Part shown: positions 53,541 to 61,747 of the stretch, in pieces
Layout of the letters: every line of letters begins with the position of its first letter
Numbering within the stretch: position 1 is the stretch's first letter
Origin: Gemmatimonadales bacterium
GTDB lineage: Bacteria > Gemmatimonadota > Gemmatimonadetes > Gemmatimonadales > GWC2-71-9
Direction: 5' to 3'
Length of the DNA: 64,000 nt
Assembly: GCA_036377715.1 (NCBI GenBank)
Contig: DASUXW010000161.1
Location: 9,870 to 73,869 of the forward strand
The notes under the pieces: generated by a model
What the model was told of the DNA's origin: nothing
What the model saw: the letters and a program-made list of their open reading frames with translations, nothing else
The model's database searches: none
Made by a program: the position numbers and the translations under genes

Positions 53541-54962
53541 TCAGGCGCTGAGCGCTTCTACAGCGGCCGTCGCCGCGTGATAGCCGCCCATGCCGTGCAC
53601 GCCCGCCCCCGGCGGCGTCGAGGCCGAGCACAGGTACACGCCGGGCGCAGGCGTGCGGTACGGGTCGACCCGGAGCACCGGGCGCGCGATCACCTGTCGC
53701 AGGTCCATGATCCCGCCGCTGATGTCGCCGCCCACCAGATTGGGGTTGCGCCGCTCGAGCTCGGTTGGTGAAAGCACGCTGCGCGCAAGGATCCGGTCGC
53801 GGAAGCCGGGAGCGAACCGCTCCACCTGCCGCTCGATCCGTTCGGTCAGATCCAGGGTGCAGCCGTTGGGGGCGTGGCAGTACGCCCACGCCGTATGTCG
53901 GCCCGCCGGCGCGCGCGAGGGGTCGAAGAGGGTGGGCTGCACGAAGAGCACGAATGGGCGGTCGCTCACCTCTCCCCGCGCGGGCGCTGCTTCCGATGCC
54001 GCGATCTCCTCGAGCGTCCCGCCCAGGTGCACGGTGGCCGACCGTGCGCACGCCTCGGCCGCCCACGGCACCGGACCGTCCAGTGCCCAGTCGAGCTTGA
54101 ACGCCGCCGCGCCGTAGCGATAGCGCGCGAGCTTCCGGCGGTACGCCGCGGGAAGGCGGTCACGGCCGATGCGCGCCACCTGATGCGGTCCAAGGTCCAG
54201 CATCACGACGCGCGGCGAGGCCAGCTCGTCGAGGCTGGCCACCGGCGCATCCGTCTGGATCTCGCCCCCGAGCGACCTGAAGTAGCCCGCGAGCGCATCG
54301 GCCAGGCGCTGCGACCCGCCCCGCACGATCGGCCAGCCCACCGCGTGGCCCGAGATCGAGAGCAGGAGGCCGAATGCCGCGGTCCCCGCCTGTTCGAGCG
54401 GGAGGAACGAATGCGCCGCGCTGCCGGCGAAGAGCGCCCGCGCCGGCATACCGGTCAGTCCCCGTGCCAGCAGGGTCGCCGGGAGGAGCGCCTCGAGGCC
54501 GAAGCGCGCCAGCAGAAGCGGGTGGTGGGGGACGTGGATCGGGGGCGCCAGAACGTCGTTCGCGAGCCCCTCCCAGGACTCGACGAACGGCCCGATCAGG
54601 CGGCGCCAGCCTGCGCCGCCCCGGCCGAGCGCTCTGGCGGTCTCGTCGAGCGACCGCTCGAGCAGCACGCCACTCCCGCCATCCAGCGGATGCGCGAGCG
54701 CGGCCGGCGACTCGACCCAGTCGAGGCCGAACTCCTGGAGCGGGAGACTGCGAAAGAACGGCGAAGCGCGAGCGAGCGGGTGGACGGCCGCGCAAACGTC
54801 GTGGACGAACCCCGGGAGGGTCAGGGGCTCGGACCGGAGGCCGCCGCCCACCTGCGGGGCTGCCTCGCGGAGGACGGTGTGAAGGCCCGCCCGCGCGAGC
54901 ACGATGGCTGCGGCCAGACCGTTCGGACCAGATCCCACGACGACGGCATCGGGGTTCGTCAC
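53541..54962 (-). CDS. FAD-dependent oxidoreductase (phytoene desaturase/CrtI-like family)
   Basis: 'DAVVVGSGPNGLAAAIVLARAG'. C-terminal 'GVHGMGGY'. Confidence 0.85.
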   Translation of the reverse strand: MTNPDAVVVGSGPNGLAAAIVLARAGLHTVLREAAPQVGGGLRSEPLTLPGFVHDVCAAVHPLARASPFFRSLPLQEFGLDWVESPAALAHPLDGGSGVLLERSLDETARALGRGGAGWRRLIGPFVESWEGLANDVLAPPIHVPHHPLLLARFGLEALLPATLLARGLTGMPARALFAGSAAHSFLPLEQAGTAAFGLLLSISGHAVGWPIVRGGSQRLADALAGYFRSLGGEIQTDAPVASLDELASPRVVMLDLGPHQVARIGRDRLPAAYRRKLARYRYGAAAFKLDWALDGPVPWAAEACARSATVHLGGTLEEIAASEAAPARGEVSDRPFVLFVQPTLFDPSRAPAGRHTAWAYCHAPNGCTLDLTERIERQVERFAPGFRDRILARSVLSPTELERRNPNLVGGDISGGIMDLRQVIARPVLRVDPYRTPAPGVYLCSASTPPGAGVHGMGGYHAATAAVEALSA

Positions 54963-55042
54963 GCGCCGAAGTATAGCGCGCCCGGAGGGCCGGTCGGGGC
55001 AGGAGCTCTGTGAGCCAGGTCATTTCCGGCGCGCGACCTGAA

Positions 55043-55068
55043 GTGCTGTATAGAGGTGCTGTATGGAG
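55043..55068. promoter_or_regulatory. Tandem 13-bp direct repeat GTGCTGTATAGAG / GTGCTGTATGGAG
   Basis: 12/13 identity. Located in the divergent intergenic region upstream of the PIG-L operon. Confidence 0.4.
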
Positions 55069-55113
55069 AAGAATCGCGCGGCACGCCGAACTTGGGAGAT
55101 ATACGGGTAGTTC

Positions 55114-55938
55114 GTGGCGGTGGTGGAGTCTGCAGTGGTCGCGGCGCTGTGCCGGTCCCGGCGCCCGATGGTGATCGTGGCCCATCCGGATGATGAAGTG
55201 ATCGGTGCCGGGGCGCTTCTCGGGCGGCTCGCCGGGCCGGTGGTGGTACACGTGACCGACGGAGCGCCCCGCGATCTGGTGGACGCCCGCTCGGCAGGGT
55301 TCGACTCCGCGGCAGGCTACGCCGCGGCCCGCAGGCGCGAAGCGGCACGCGCGCTCGCACTCCTTCCTTCCAAACCTGGTCCCACGGTCGAGCTCGGGGT
55401 TCCGGACCAGGAGGCCTCCCGCTCGCTGGCGGGGCTCGCCGGTCGGATTGCCGACCTGCTCGGCCGCGAGCGCCCGGACGTGGTCCTGACGCACGCCTAC
55501 GAGGCGGGGCATCCGGACCACGATGCGGTCGCCTTCGCGGTGCACGCCGCGGTGCGCCTGCTCGCGGGCTCAGTCACGACGCCGCCCGCACTGCACGAGG
55601 TGACCGGGTATCATGCCGGCGACGGCGCGCTCGTCGTCGGTCGGTTCCTGGCGGAATCAGCGGCGCGTGCGGCCGTCGTCCGGCTCACAGGCGCCGAGCG
55701 CGAGCGCAAGCGCCGCATGCTGGGGTGCTTCGTCACCCAGGTCCGGACGCTCGAGCCGTTCGTGCATCGGCTCCGGTTCGAGCGGGTGCGGTCCGCGCCA
55801 GCCTACCGGTATTCCGCGGCGCCGCATCACGGGCGGCTCTGGTACGAGCACTTCGGCTGGGGCGGCCTCACCGGCGAGGAGTGGCGCGCGCTGGCCGCGG
55901 CCGGTCTCCGGGAGCTCGGGCTCGAGGAGCCGCTCTGA
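55114..55938 (+). CDS. PIG-L/LmbE-family N-acetylglucosaminyl deacetylase
   Basis: 'MVIVAHPDDEVIGAG', 'HPDHDAV'. Confidence 0.85.
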   Translation: MAVVESAVVAALCRSRRPMVIVAHPDDEVIGAGALLGRLAGPVVVHVTDGAPRDLVDARSAGFDSAAGYAAARRREAARALALLPSKPGPTVELGVPDQEASRSLAGLAGRIADLLGRERPDVVLTHAYEAGHPDHDAVAFAVHAAVRLLAGSVTTPPALHEVTGYHAGDGALVVGRFLAESAARAAVVRLTGAERERKRRMLGCFVTQVRTLEPFVHRLRFERVRSAPAYRYSAAPHHGRLWYEHFGWGGLTGEEWRALAAAGLRELGLEEPL

Positions 55939-56978
55939 TGCTCCGAGTGCTGAGCGTCGCGTATCCGTTCGCCCCGGTCGGGCCGGACGCCGCGGGTGGC
56001 GCGGAGCAGGTGCTGGCCGCGATCGACGCCGCGCTGGTGCGCGCGGGGCATCAGTCCCTCGTCGTGGCCCGCGAGGACTCAAGGGTGGCCGGGACGCTGC
56101 TGCCGATCGCGCGGACCGAGGGTCCCGTGGACACCGCCGCGCATCACTTCGCGCACGAGTCGGTGCGGCGCACGATCAGGGACACGCTCGAGCGCCGGCC
56201 GGTGGACCTGGTCCACCTGCACGGGGTGGACTTCTTTCGCTACCTCCCGCCTCCCGGGGTGCCCGCGCTTGCCACGCTGCACCTGCCGCCGGGGTGGTAC
56301 CCGCCGCAGGTGTTCCGCCCCGAGCGACCGCAGACGTTTCTGGTGTGCGTCTCTCACAGCCAGCGGGAGCGCTGTGGGGCATCGCCGGCGATCGTGGCGG
56401 TCATCCGCAACGGGGTCCCGCTCGCCCGGCTCGAGCACCGGCTCCACCGCCGCGACTATGCCGCGGCACTCGGCCGGATCTGCCCCGAGAAGGGCTTCCA
56501 CCACGCGCTCGATGCCTGCCGCCGCACGGACACGCCGCTCCTGCTGGGCGGTCGCGTCTTCATGCATCCGGAGCACCAGGCGTATTTCACCCGCGAGATC
56601 GTCCCGCGGCTCGACCGCCGCCGACGCTTCCTCGGTCCGCTCGGCTTCCGGCAGAAGCGGCGGCTGCTCGCGACCGCCCGGTGTCTGCTGGTGCCGAGCC
56701 TGGTCCCGGAAACCAGCTCGCTGGTCACCATGGAGGCGCTCGCGTGCGGCACGCCGGTTGTCGCGTTCCCGGCGGGCGCGCTCCCCGACCTCGTCGAGCA
56801 CGGCCGTACCGGCCTGCTCGTGGCGGACGAGCGTGAGATGGGCGAGGCGCTCCAGGCGGTGCGGGCGATCGACCCTGAAGCGTGCCGGTCGGTCGCCCGG
56901 GAGCGGTTCTCGGTCGCGGCCATGGCTGAGCGGTACCTCGACCTGTTCACCCGCCTCGCGCAGAAGCGTGCGGCATGA
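55938..56978 (+). CDS. Glycosyltransferase family 4 (GT-B)
   Basis: 'GGAEQVL', 'PSLVPETSSLVTMEALACGTPVVA'. 1-nt overlap upstream: the ATG (55938-40) shares its A with the PIG-L gene's TGA stop (55936-38), sequence TGATG. Confidence 0.85.
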   Translation: MLRVLSVAYPFAPVGPDAAGGAEQVLAAIDAALVRAGHQSLVVAREDSRVAGTLLPIARTEGPVDTAAHHFAHESVRRTIRDTLERRPVDLVHLHGVDFFRYLPPPGVPALATLHLPPGWYPPQVFRPERPQTFLVCVSHSQRERCGASPAIVAVIRNGVPLARLEHRLHRRDYAAALGRICPEKGFHHALDACRRTDTPLLLGGRVFMHPEHQAYFTREIVPRLDRRRRFLGPLGFRQKRRLLATARCLLVPSLVPETSSLVTMEALACGTPVVAFPAGALPDLVEHGRTGLLVADEREMGEALQAVRAIDPEACRSVARERFSVAAMAERYLDLFTRLAQKRAA

Positions 56979-57967
56979 ACGGCGTTCGCATCGAGGTGGT
57001 GGAGCGCAGCGCCCGGCTCGAGGCCCTGGCGCCGGCATGGGCGGCGCTGTGGCAGCGGGTGCCGGCGACGACCCCGTTCCAGTCACCTGCGTGGCTCGTG
57101 CCCTGGTGGCGCCACTTCGGCCCTGGGCGGCTGTCCGTGGTCGGCCTGTGGCAGGGGGGGCGGCTGACGGGAGTGCTCCCGCTGTACCACGCCGACGAGC
57201 CGCCGGGCGGGACCCTCCGGCTCCTCGGGGGCGGAAACACCGACTATCTCGACGCCATTGTCGAGCCGGGCTGTGCTCGCGAGCTCGGCCCGATCATCGG
57301 CGAAGCGCTCGCGCAGATCAGGGAGCCGGACGAGGCGGTGCGGCTGGAGCGGCTTCCCCCCTGGTCGCCGCTCGCGGGCGTCGAGGGCGACTTCGACCGC
57401 GGCCGCGAGGACGAGCCATGCCCGGTGCTCGACCTGCCCCACGGATCGCGGTCCTGCTGGAAGGACGCGAGATACCTCCTCCGGCGGCTCGGCCGCATGG
57501 ATGGCTTCGCGATCCGGACGGTGGGACGGGACGATCTTGGGGCCGCCCTCGATTGCCTCGCGGCGCTGCACGCGTCGCGCTGGGCCGAGCGGGGGATGCC
57601 CGGCATCTTCGCGGATCCGACCAACGCCGCCTTCCTCCGGGATGCGGCGGCCGCGCTGCTCGACGCCGGTGTCCTGCGCTGTCATCTGCTCCATCTCGAG
57701 GGCCGGGTCGTGGCGGCACACCTTGGAATGGTTGCGAAGGGCCGCGCCTACTATTACATCGCCGGCTTCCACCCTGCCGTCGCGCGGCTCAGCCCGGGCT
57801 CGGCGCTCCTCGCGCACGCCATCGAGGACGCGGAGCGGGAAGGCGCGCGCGCGTTCGACTTCCTGCGGGGCGCCGAAGGTTACAAGTATCACTGGGGAGG
57901 GAAGGATCAATGGACTCAGCGACTGGTATCGACACCCACGTTCTCGACCGTATCAAGCTCCGGCTGA
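56975..57967 (+). CDS. CelD/BcsL-type (FemAB-fold, Acetyltransf_6-like) acyl/aminoacyl transferase
   Basis: 'TTPFQSPAWLVPWWRHFG', 'AYYYIAGFHPAVARLSPGSALLAHAIEDA', 'FDFLRGAEGYKYHWG'. Confidence 0.7.
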   Translation: MNGVRIEVVERSARLEALAPAWAALWQRVPATTPFQSPAWLVPWWRHFGPGRLSVVGLWQGGRLTGVLPLYHADEPPGGTLRLLGGGNTDYLDAIVEPGCARELGPIIGEALAQIREPDEAVRLERLPPWSPLAGVEGDFDRGREDEPCPVLDLPHGSRSCWKDARYLLRRLGRMDGFAIRTVGRDDLGAALDCLAALHASRWAERGMPGIFADPTNAAFLRDAAAALLDAGVLRCHLLHLEGRVVAAHLGMVAKGRAYYYIAGFHPAVARLSPGSALLAHAIEDAEREGARAFDFLRGAEGYKYHWGGKDQWTQRLVSTPTFSTVSSSG

Positions 57968-58461
57968 CGGCCTGCGTTCGCCGGGCCCACGAGGGCGATC
58001 TCGGTCCGCTCGAATGGTGCGGCATGTTCACACCCCATCGTGAGATCATCCGGGAGACATGGGAGGCCACGTGCCGCGGTGAGGCCGAGATGCTCGTCGC
58101 CGTGGCCAACCGGTTTCCGGTCGGCCAGACCTGGATCGATTTCAGCCGCTACGCGGCCGAGCGCGTCGGCCTGGTCTGGGCCGTGCGCGTGCTGCCCGGC
58201 CTGCATCGGCTCGGGATCGGCACGCGGCTCCTCGAGGCGGCGGAGCGCACGGTGCGCGAGCGCGAATGGGATGAGGTCGAGATCCAGGTGGAGCCGGGGA
58301 ACACCCGCGCGCAGCGCCTCTACGAGCGCCGGGGCTATCGGGTGCACGACGACATCCACGAGAAGCTGGTCTACACCAGGCCCGACGGTACGACGGCCCG
58401 CTCGCGCCGGCACCTGCTGCGCCTGCGCAAGACCCTGCCGCCGCCCGAGCTCGCCGCATGA
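57910..58461 (+). CDS. GNAT-family N-acetyltransferase (start uncertain)
   Basis: 'VRVLPGLHRLGIGTRLLEAAE', 'NTRAQRLYERRGYR'. Confidence 0.7.
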   Translation: MDSATGIDTHVLDRIKLRLTACVRRAHEGDLGPLEWCGMFTPHREIIRETWEATCRGEAEMLVAVANRFPVGQTWIDFSRYAAERVGLVWAVRVLPGLHRLGIGTRLLEAAERTVREREWDEVEIQVEPGNTRAQRLYERRGYRVHDDIHEKLVYTRPDGTTARSRRHLLRLRKTLPPPELAA

Positions 58462-59258
58462 CGCGGCTCGCCGTACGCTGGACCGTGGGCGACGTGAGCG
58501 ACGAAGGCTTCGCCGCGCTGCAGCTCTCGATCTGGGGCGCGTGGAAGGCGTTCGGGCCGGGTGCCGAGTACACGGTGTGCGTCAACTCGCGACCGTTGGC
58601 TCGAGCCAGGGAGGCAACCGGGGCGCTCCCGACCCAGGTTGCGTGGCTCGCGGTGGATCGCTCGGCGGTCCCCGAGTGGCTCGCGCAGCGGCTGGACGGC
58701 GGCATGGCCGAAGGGGTCGGGTGGAAGTTCGCCCCGCTCCGATTGTTCGACTGCCGCTGGGCGCTGGCTCTCGACAACGACTGCATCCTCTGGGATCGAC
58801 CGTGGGCCATCCGGCGCTGGCTCGAAGCGGACCGGGCGTCCGTGCTCGCCGAGGACGTGCGCGCCTGCTTCGGCCAGTTCGCCGACCTGTGCAGCGGCGT
58901 GCCGCGGAACGGCGGGATCCGCGGGCTCCCCCCATCACTCGATTTCGAGGGCGCCCTGCGCCAGGTCCTGGAAGAGCACCCCGTCACCCTCACCTCCGAG
59001 CTGGACGAGCAGGGTCTGCAGGTGGCGGCGCTCGAGCGGGCGGGGCCTACGCTGGTCGTCGGGCTCGACGAAGTCACGATCTGCTCGCCCTTCCCGCCCA
59101 ACCTGCCCGGTCTGGGGAGCTGCGGGGCGCACTTCATCGGATTGAATGCGAACGCGCTCCCCTGGAGCTACGAGGGACGGCCCGCGTCGGCACTGGTGCG
59201 GGAGCACTTCCACGGGCTCGAGCCCGTGCTCCGCGAGCGCGTGGGGCTCGCCGCCTGA
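58458..59258 (+). CDS. Hypothetical protein, possible nucleotide-sugar transferase-like (DxD 'LDNDCILWD')
   Basis: ATGA-coupled to the GNAT gene. Ordinary composition. No family recognised. Confidence 0.5.
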   Translation: MTRLAVRWTVGDVSDEGFAALQLSIWGAWKAFGPGAEYTVCVNSRPLARAREATGALPTQVAWLAVDRSAVPEWLAQRLDGGMAEGVGWKFAPLRLFDCRWALALDNDCILWDRPWAIRRWLEADRASVLAEDVRACFGQFADLCSGVPRNGGIRGLPPSLDFEGALRQVLEEHPVTLTSELDEQGLQVAALERAGPTLVVGLDEVTICSPFPPNLPGLGSCGAHFIGLNANALPWSYEGRPASALVREHFHGLEPVLRERVGLAA

Positions 59259-60056
59259 TCAGGAGTAGTAGCGCTTGAGGTAGGCGGCGACGCCGTCGAG
59301 GTCGGGGAACAGGCGGCGCTCGTCCACGCTCACCATGTCGAGCTGGTCGCGCACGCGGCCGGCGTGCTCGGCGGGAATGACCATGCGGGTCAGTGCACCG
59401 CCGAGCCCATGACGCTCCAGGAATTCGTCGAATGTATGGCGCTTGTCGGAGCAGAGCGTAAAGGCCGCCGACTGCGCCACGATGCGCGAATCGAGCGAGG
59501 GCGGCTCGATCATGCAGGCGAACGGCCGGCTGTCGTCCTTCATCGCGAACAGCGCGGCCGGGGTGAACGGGCGGTCGCCACCCAGCATCTCTTCCAGATC
59601 CTGGATCAGGAGCGCCAGCTCGGGGAGCCCGAACCGGCGGTGCACCTCCTTCCAGTCGAGCCGCCACACGGCGCGATCGGCCTCGGCCGGTCCGCCCACC
59701 GTGGCGAAGTGGGCAGCTACGAGCGGCGAATAGGTCCAGTCCAGCAGCCGCGTGGGCAGCCCGTGGTGCTGCGCGGCCACCAGGACTTCCCAGTCGTTCT
59801 CCGGCGGGTTCAGGAAGTACGGCCGGGAGTACCGGATGAAGTTGCGGAGGATGTACTCCTCGAGGTCGGCCTTGGCGTGGGGCGACGAGGCGCCGCCGAG
59901 CTTGTCGAGGCTGGTGAGCAGCGGCCAGCCTGCATCGGCCGCACCGCGATAGACGCCGCTGCTGCGGCGGCGCCCGGTCGCCGGATCGGGCTCGGCCGGC
60001 GTCGTGGCGGCGATCAGATCGCCCAGCGAGGTGATCACGACGTCGCGGATCGTCAT
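59259..60056 (-). CDS. FRG-domain protein
   Basis: 'VYRGAADAGWPLLTSL', 'EVLVAAQHHGLPTRLLDWTYSPLVAAHFA'. Confidence 0.75.
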   Translation of the reverse strand: MTIRDVVITSLGDLIAATTPAEPDPATGRRRSSGVYRGAADAGWPLLTSLDKLGGASSPHAKADLEEYILRNFIRYSRPYFLNPPENDWEVLVAAQHHGLPTRLLDWTYSPLVAAHFATVGGPAEADRAVWRLDWKEVHRRFGLPELALLIQDLEEMLGGDRPFTPAALFAMKDDSRPFACMIEPPSLDSRIVAQSAAFTLCSDKRHTFDEFLERHGLGGALTRMVIPAEHAGRVRDQLDMVSVDERRLFPDLDGVAAYLKRYYS

Positions 60057-60120
60057 GGCTGGATATGAAGTCGGCTCCGCGGGGTCGCGCAAGGGCGGCG
60101 ATGGCGGCCAAGTTTCGCCC

Positions 60121-61020
60121 ATGCCTCCGATCGACCTCAGCGCGCTCGCGGCCAGGCTTCCCGCCCGGCCGCTCACCCGTTTCGCACCGAGCCCGACGGG
60201 ATACCTGCACCTGGGCCACGTCGCCAACGGGGTGTGGGTGTGGGGTGTGGCACGCGCACTCGGCGGCCGGGTGCTGCTCCGGCTCGAAGACCACGATCGG
60301 GGGCGCTGCCGGTCCGAGTACGAGGCGGCGCTGCTCGACGATCTTGCCTGGCTGGGCCTTGCGCCCGAGCTGGGCACGCCCCTGCGCCAGAGCGATGCCG
60401 GCGAGCACTACACGGCGGCGCTGGAACGGCTGGGTACGGACGTGTTCGCCTGCGAGTGCTCCCGAAAAGACCTGGCGCAGGTCGTGGGCGACGTGCTCAA
60501 CCAGGAGACGCGCTATGCCGGCCGATGCCGCGACCTGGGGCTCGAGCGCAGGCCCGGTCGCGGGCTCCGGCTGCGGCTCGCGCCCGGGGGCGAGTGCTTC
60601 GTCGACGCGCGGCTGGGGCCCCAGGAGCAACACCCGGAGCTGCAGTGCGGCGACCTGCTCCTCCGGGACCGGATGGGTTGGTGGACCTATCAGTTCGCCG
60701 TGGTCGTGGACGACCTGCGCCAGGGAGTGGATCTGGTGATCCGCGGCGAGGACCTGCTGGATTCAACGGGACGGCAAATCCTGCTGGGCCGCCTGCTCGG
60801 GCGCGGGGTGCCGCCGGTCTTTCTGCACCACCCGCTCATCCTCAAGCCGGGCGGCGAGAAGCTGAGCAAGTCGAGCGGCGACACGGGGATCCGGGAGCTT
60901 CGGGCGGCGGGCGCGACACCGGCGCAGGTGCTCGGGCGGGCCGCGTGGCTCACCGGCCTCCAGCCCGGTCCGGCGCCGCTCCGGCCCGACGATCTGGCCG
61001 GGCTCTTTGCCGAAGGTTAG
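60121..61020 (+). CDS. gluQ: Glutamyl-Q tRNA(Asp) synthetase (truncated GluRS paralogue)
   Basis: 'RFAPSPTGYLHLGH', 'LRLEDHD', 'YQFAVVVDD', 'KLSKS'. About 300 aa with no anticodon-binding domain. Confidence 0.85.
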   Translation: MPPIDLSALAARLPARPLTRFAPSPTGYLHLGHVANGVWVWGVARALGGRVLLRLEDHDRGRCRSEYEAALLDDLAWLGLAPELGTPLRQSDAGEHYTAALERLGTDVFACECSRKDLAQVVGDVLNQETRYAGRCRDLGLERRPGRGLRLRLAPGGECFVDARLGPQEQHPELQCGDLLLRDRMGWWTYQFAVVVDDLRQGVDLVIRGEDLLDSTGRQILLGRLLGRGVPPVFLHHPLILKPGGEKLSKSSGDTGIRELRAAGATPAQVLGRAAWLTGLQPGPAPLRPDDLAGLFAEG

Positions 61021-61053
61021 CATCTTCCGGGATACCTGCCGGACGGAGGAGCG

Positions 61054-61656
61054 ATGACGAACGCATTCAGAGTGCTCGCGGCCGGAGCGGTTGTCGCGTT
61101 GGCGACTGGTTTGATGCCCCTCGAGCGAGCCGAGTCCCAGCAATTGCCGCGCGTCGTCATCGAGACCGAGCTCGGCGACATCGAAGTAGAGATCGACAGC
61201 ATCCACGCTCCGGTCACATCCGCCAACTTCCTCCGGTACGTCGATCTCGGCTTCTACCGGTTCGGCCGCTTCCACCGCACCGTGCGGGCCGACAACCAGC
61301 CCAACGACAAGGTGAAGATCACGGTGGTGCAGGCCGGGCTCGACCCCTACCGGGTCAAGGATTTTCCCCCCATCCCGCTCGAGCGCACCAAGGACACCGG
61401 CCTCCGGCACAAGGACGGCACCATCTCAATGGCCCGCGACGGCCCCAACACGGCCACCTCCGACTTCTTCATCTGCATCGGCGACCAGCCCGCGCTCGAT
61501 TACGGCGGAAAACGGAACCCTGACGGCCAGGGCTTCGCGGCGTTCGGACGGGTGGTCCTGGGAATGGACGTGGTTCGGAAGATCAATCAGTCGCCGGCCG
61601 AGGGGCAGAGGCTGGAGCCGGCGATCGGGATTCGGGAGATTGGGAGGAAGCGGTGA
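61054..61656 (+). CDS. Cyclophilin-type peptidyl-prolyl isomerase, secreted
   Basis: Signal peptide. 'FHRTVRAD', 'GTISMARDGPNTATSDFFICIGDQPALD'. Confidence 0.9.
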   Translation: MTNAFRVLAAGAVVALATGLMPLERAESQQLPRVVIETELGDIEVEIDSIHAPVTSANFLRYVDLGFYRFGRFHRTVRADNQPNDKVKITVVQAGLDPYRVKDFPPIPLERTKDTGLRHKDGTISMARDGPNTATSDFFICIGDQPALDYGGKRNPDGQGFAAFGRVVLGMDVVRKINQSPAEGQRLEPAIGIREIGRKR

Positions 61657-61663
61657 GCGAAAT

Positions 61664-61747
61664 GCGGTAAGCGGTAAGCGGTGAGCGGGAACTGCACACC
61701 GGAGTGGTCTGGTGTGCGGTTCCCGCTCACCGCTTACCGCTTACCGC
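61664..61747. repeat. 37-bp-stem hairpin built from GCGGTRA heptamer repeats (10-nt loop)
   Basis: The left arm (61664-61700) is the reverse complement of the right arm (61711-61747) with a single T/G difference. Confidence 0.95.
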
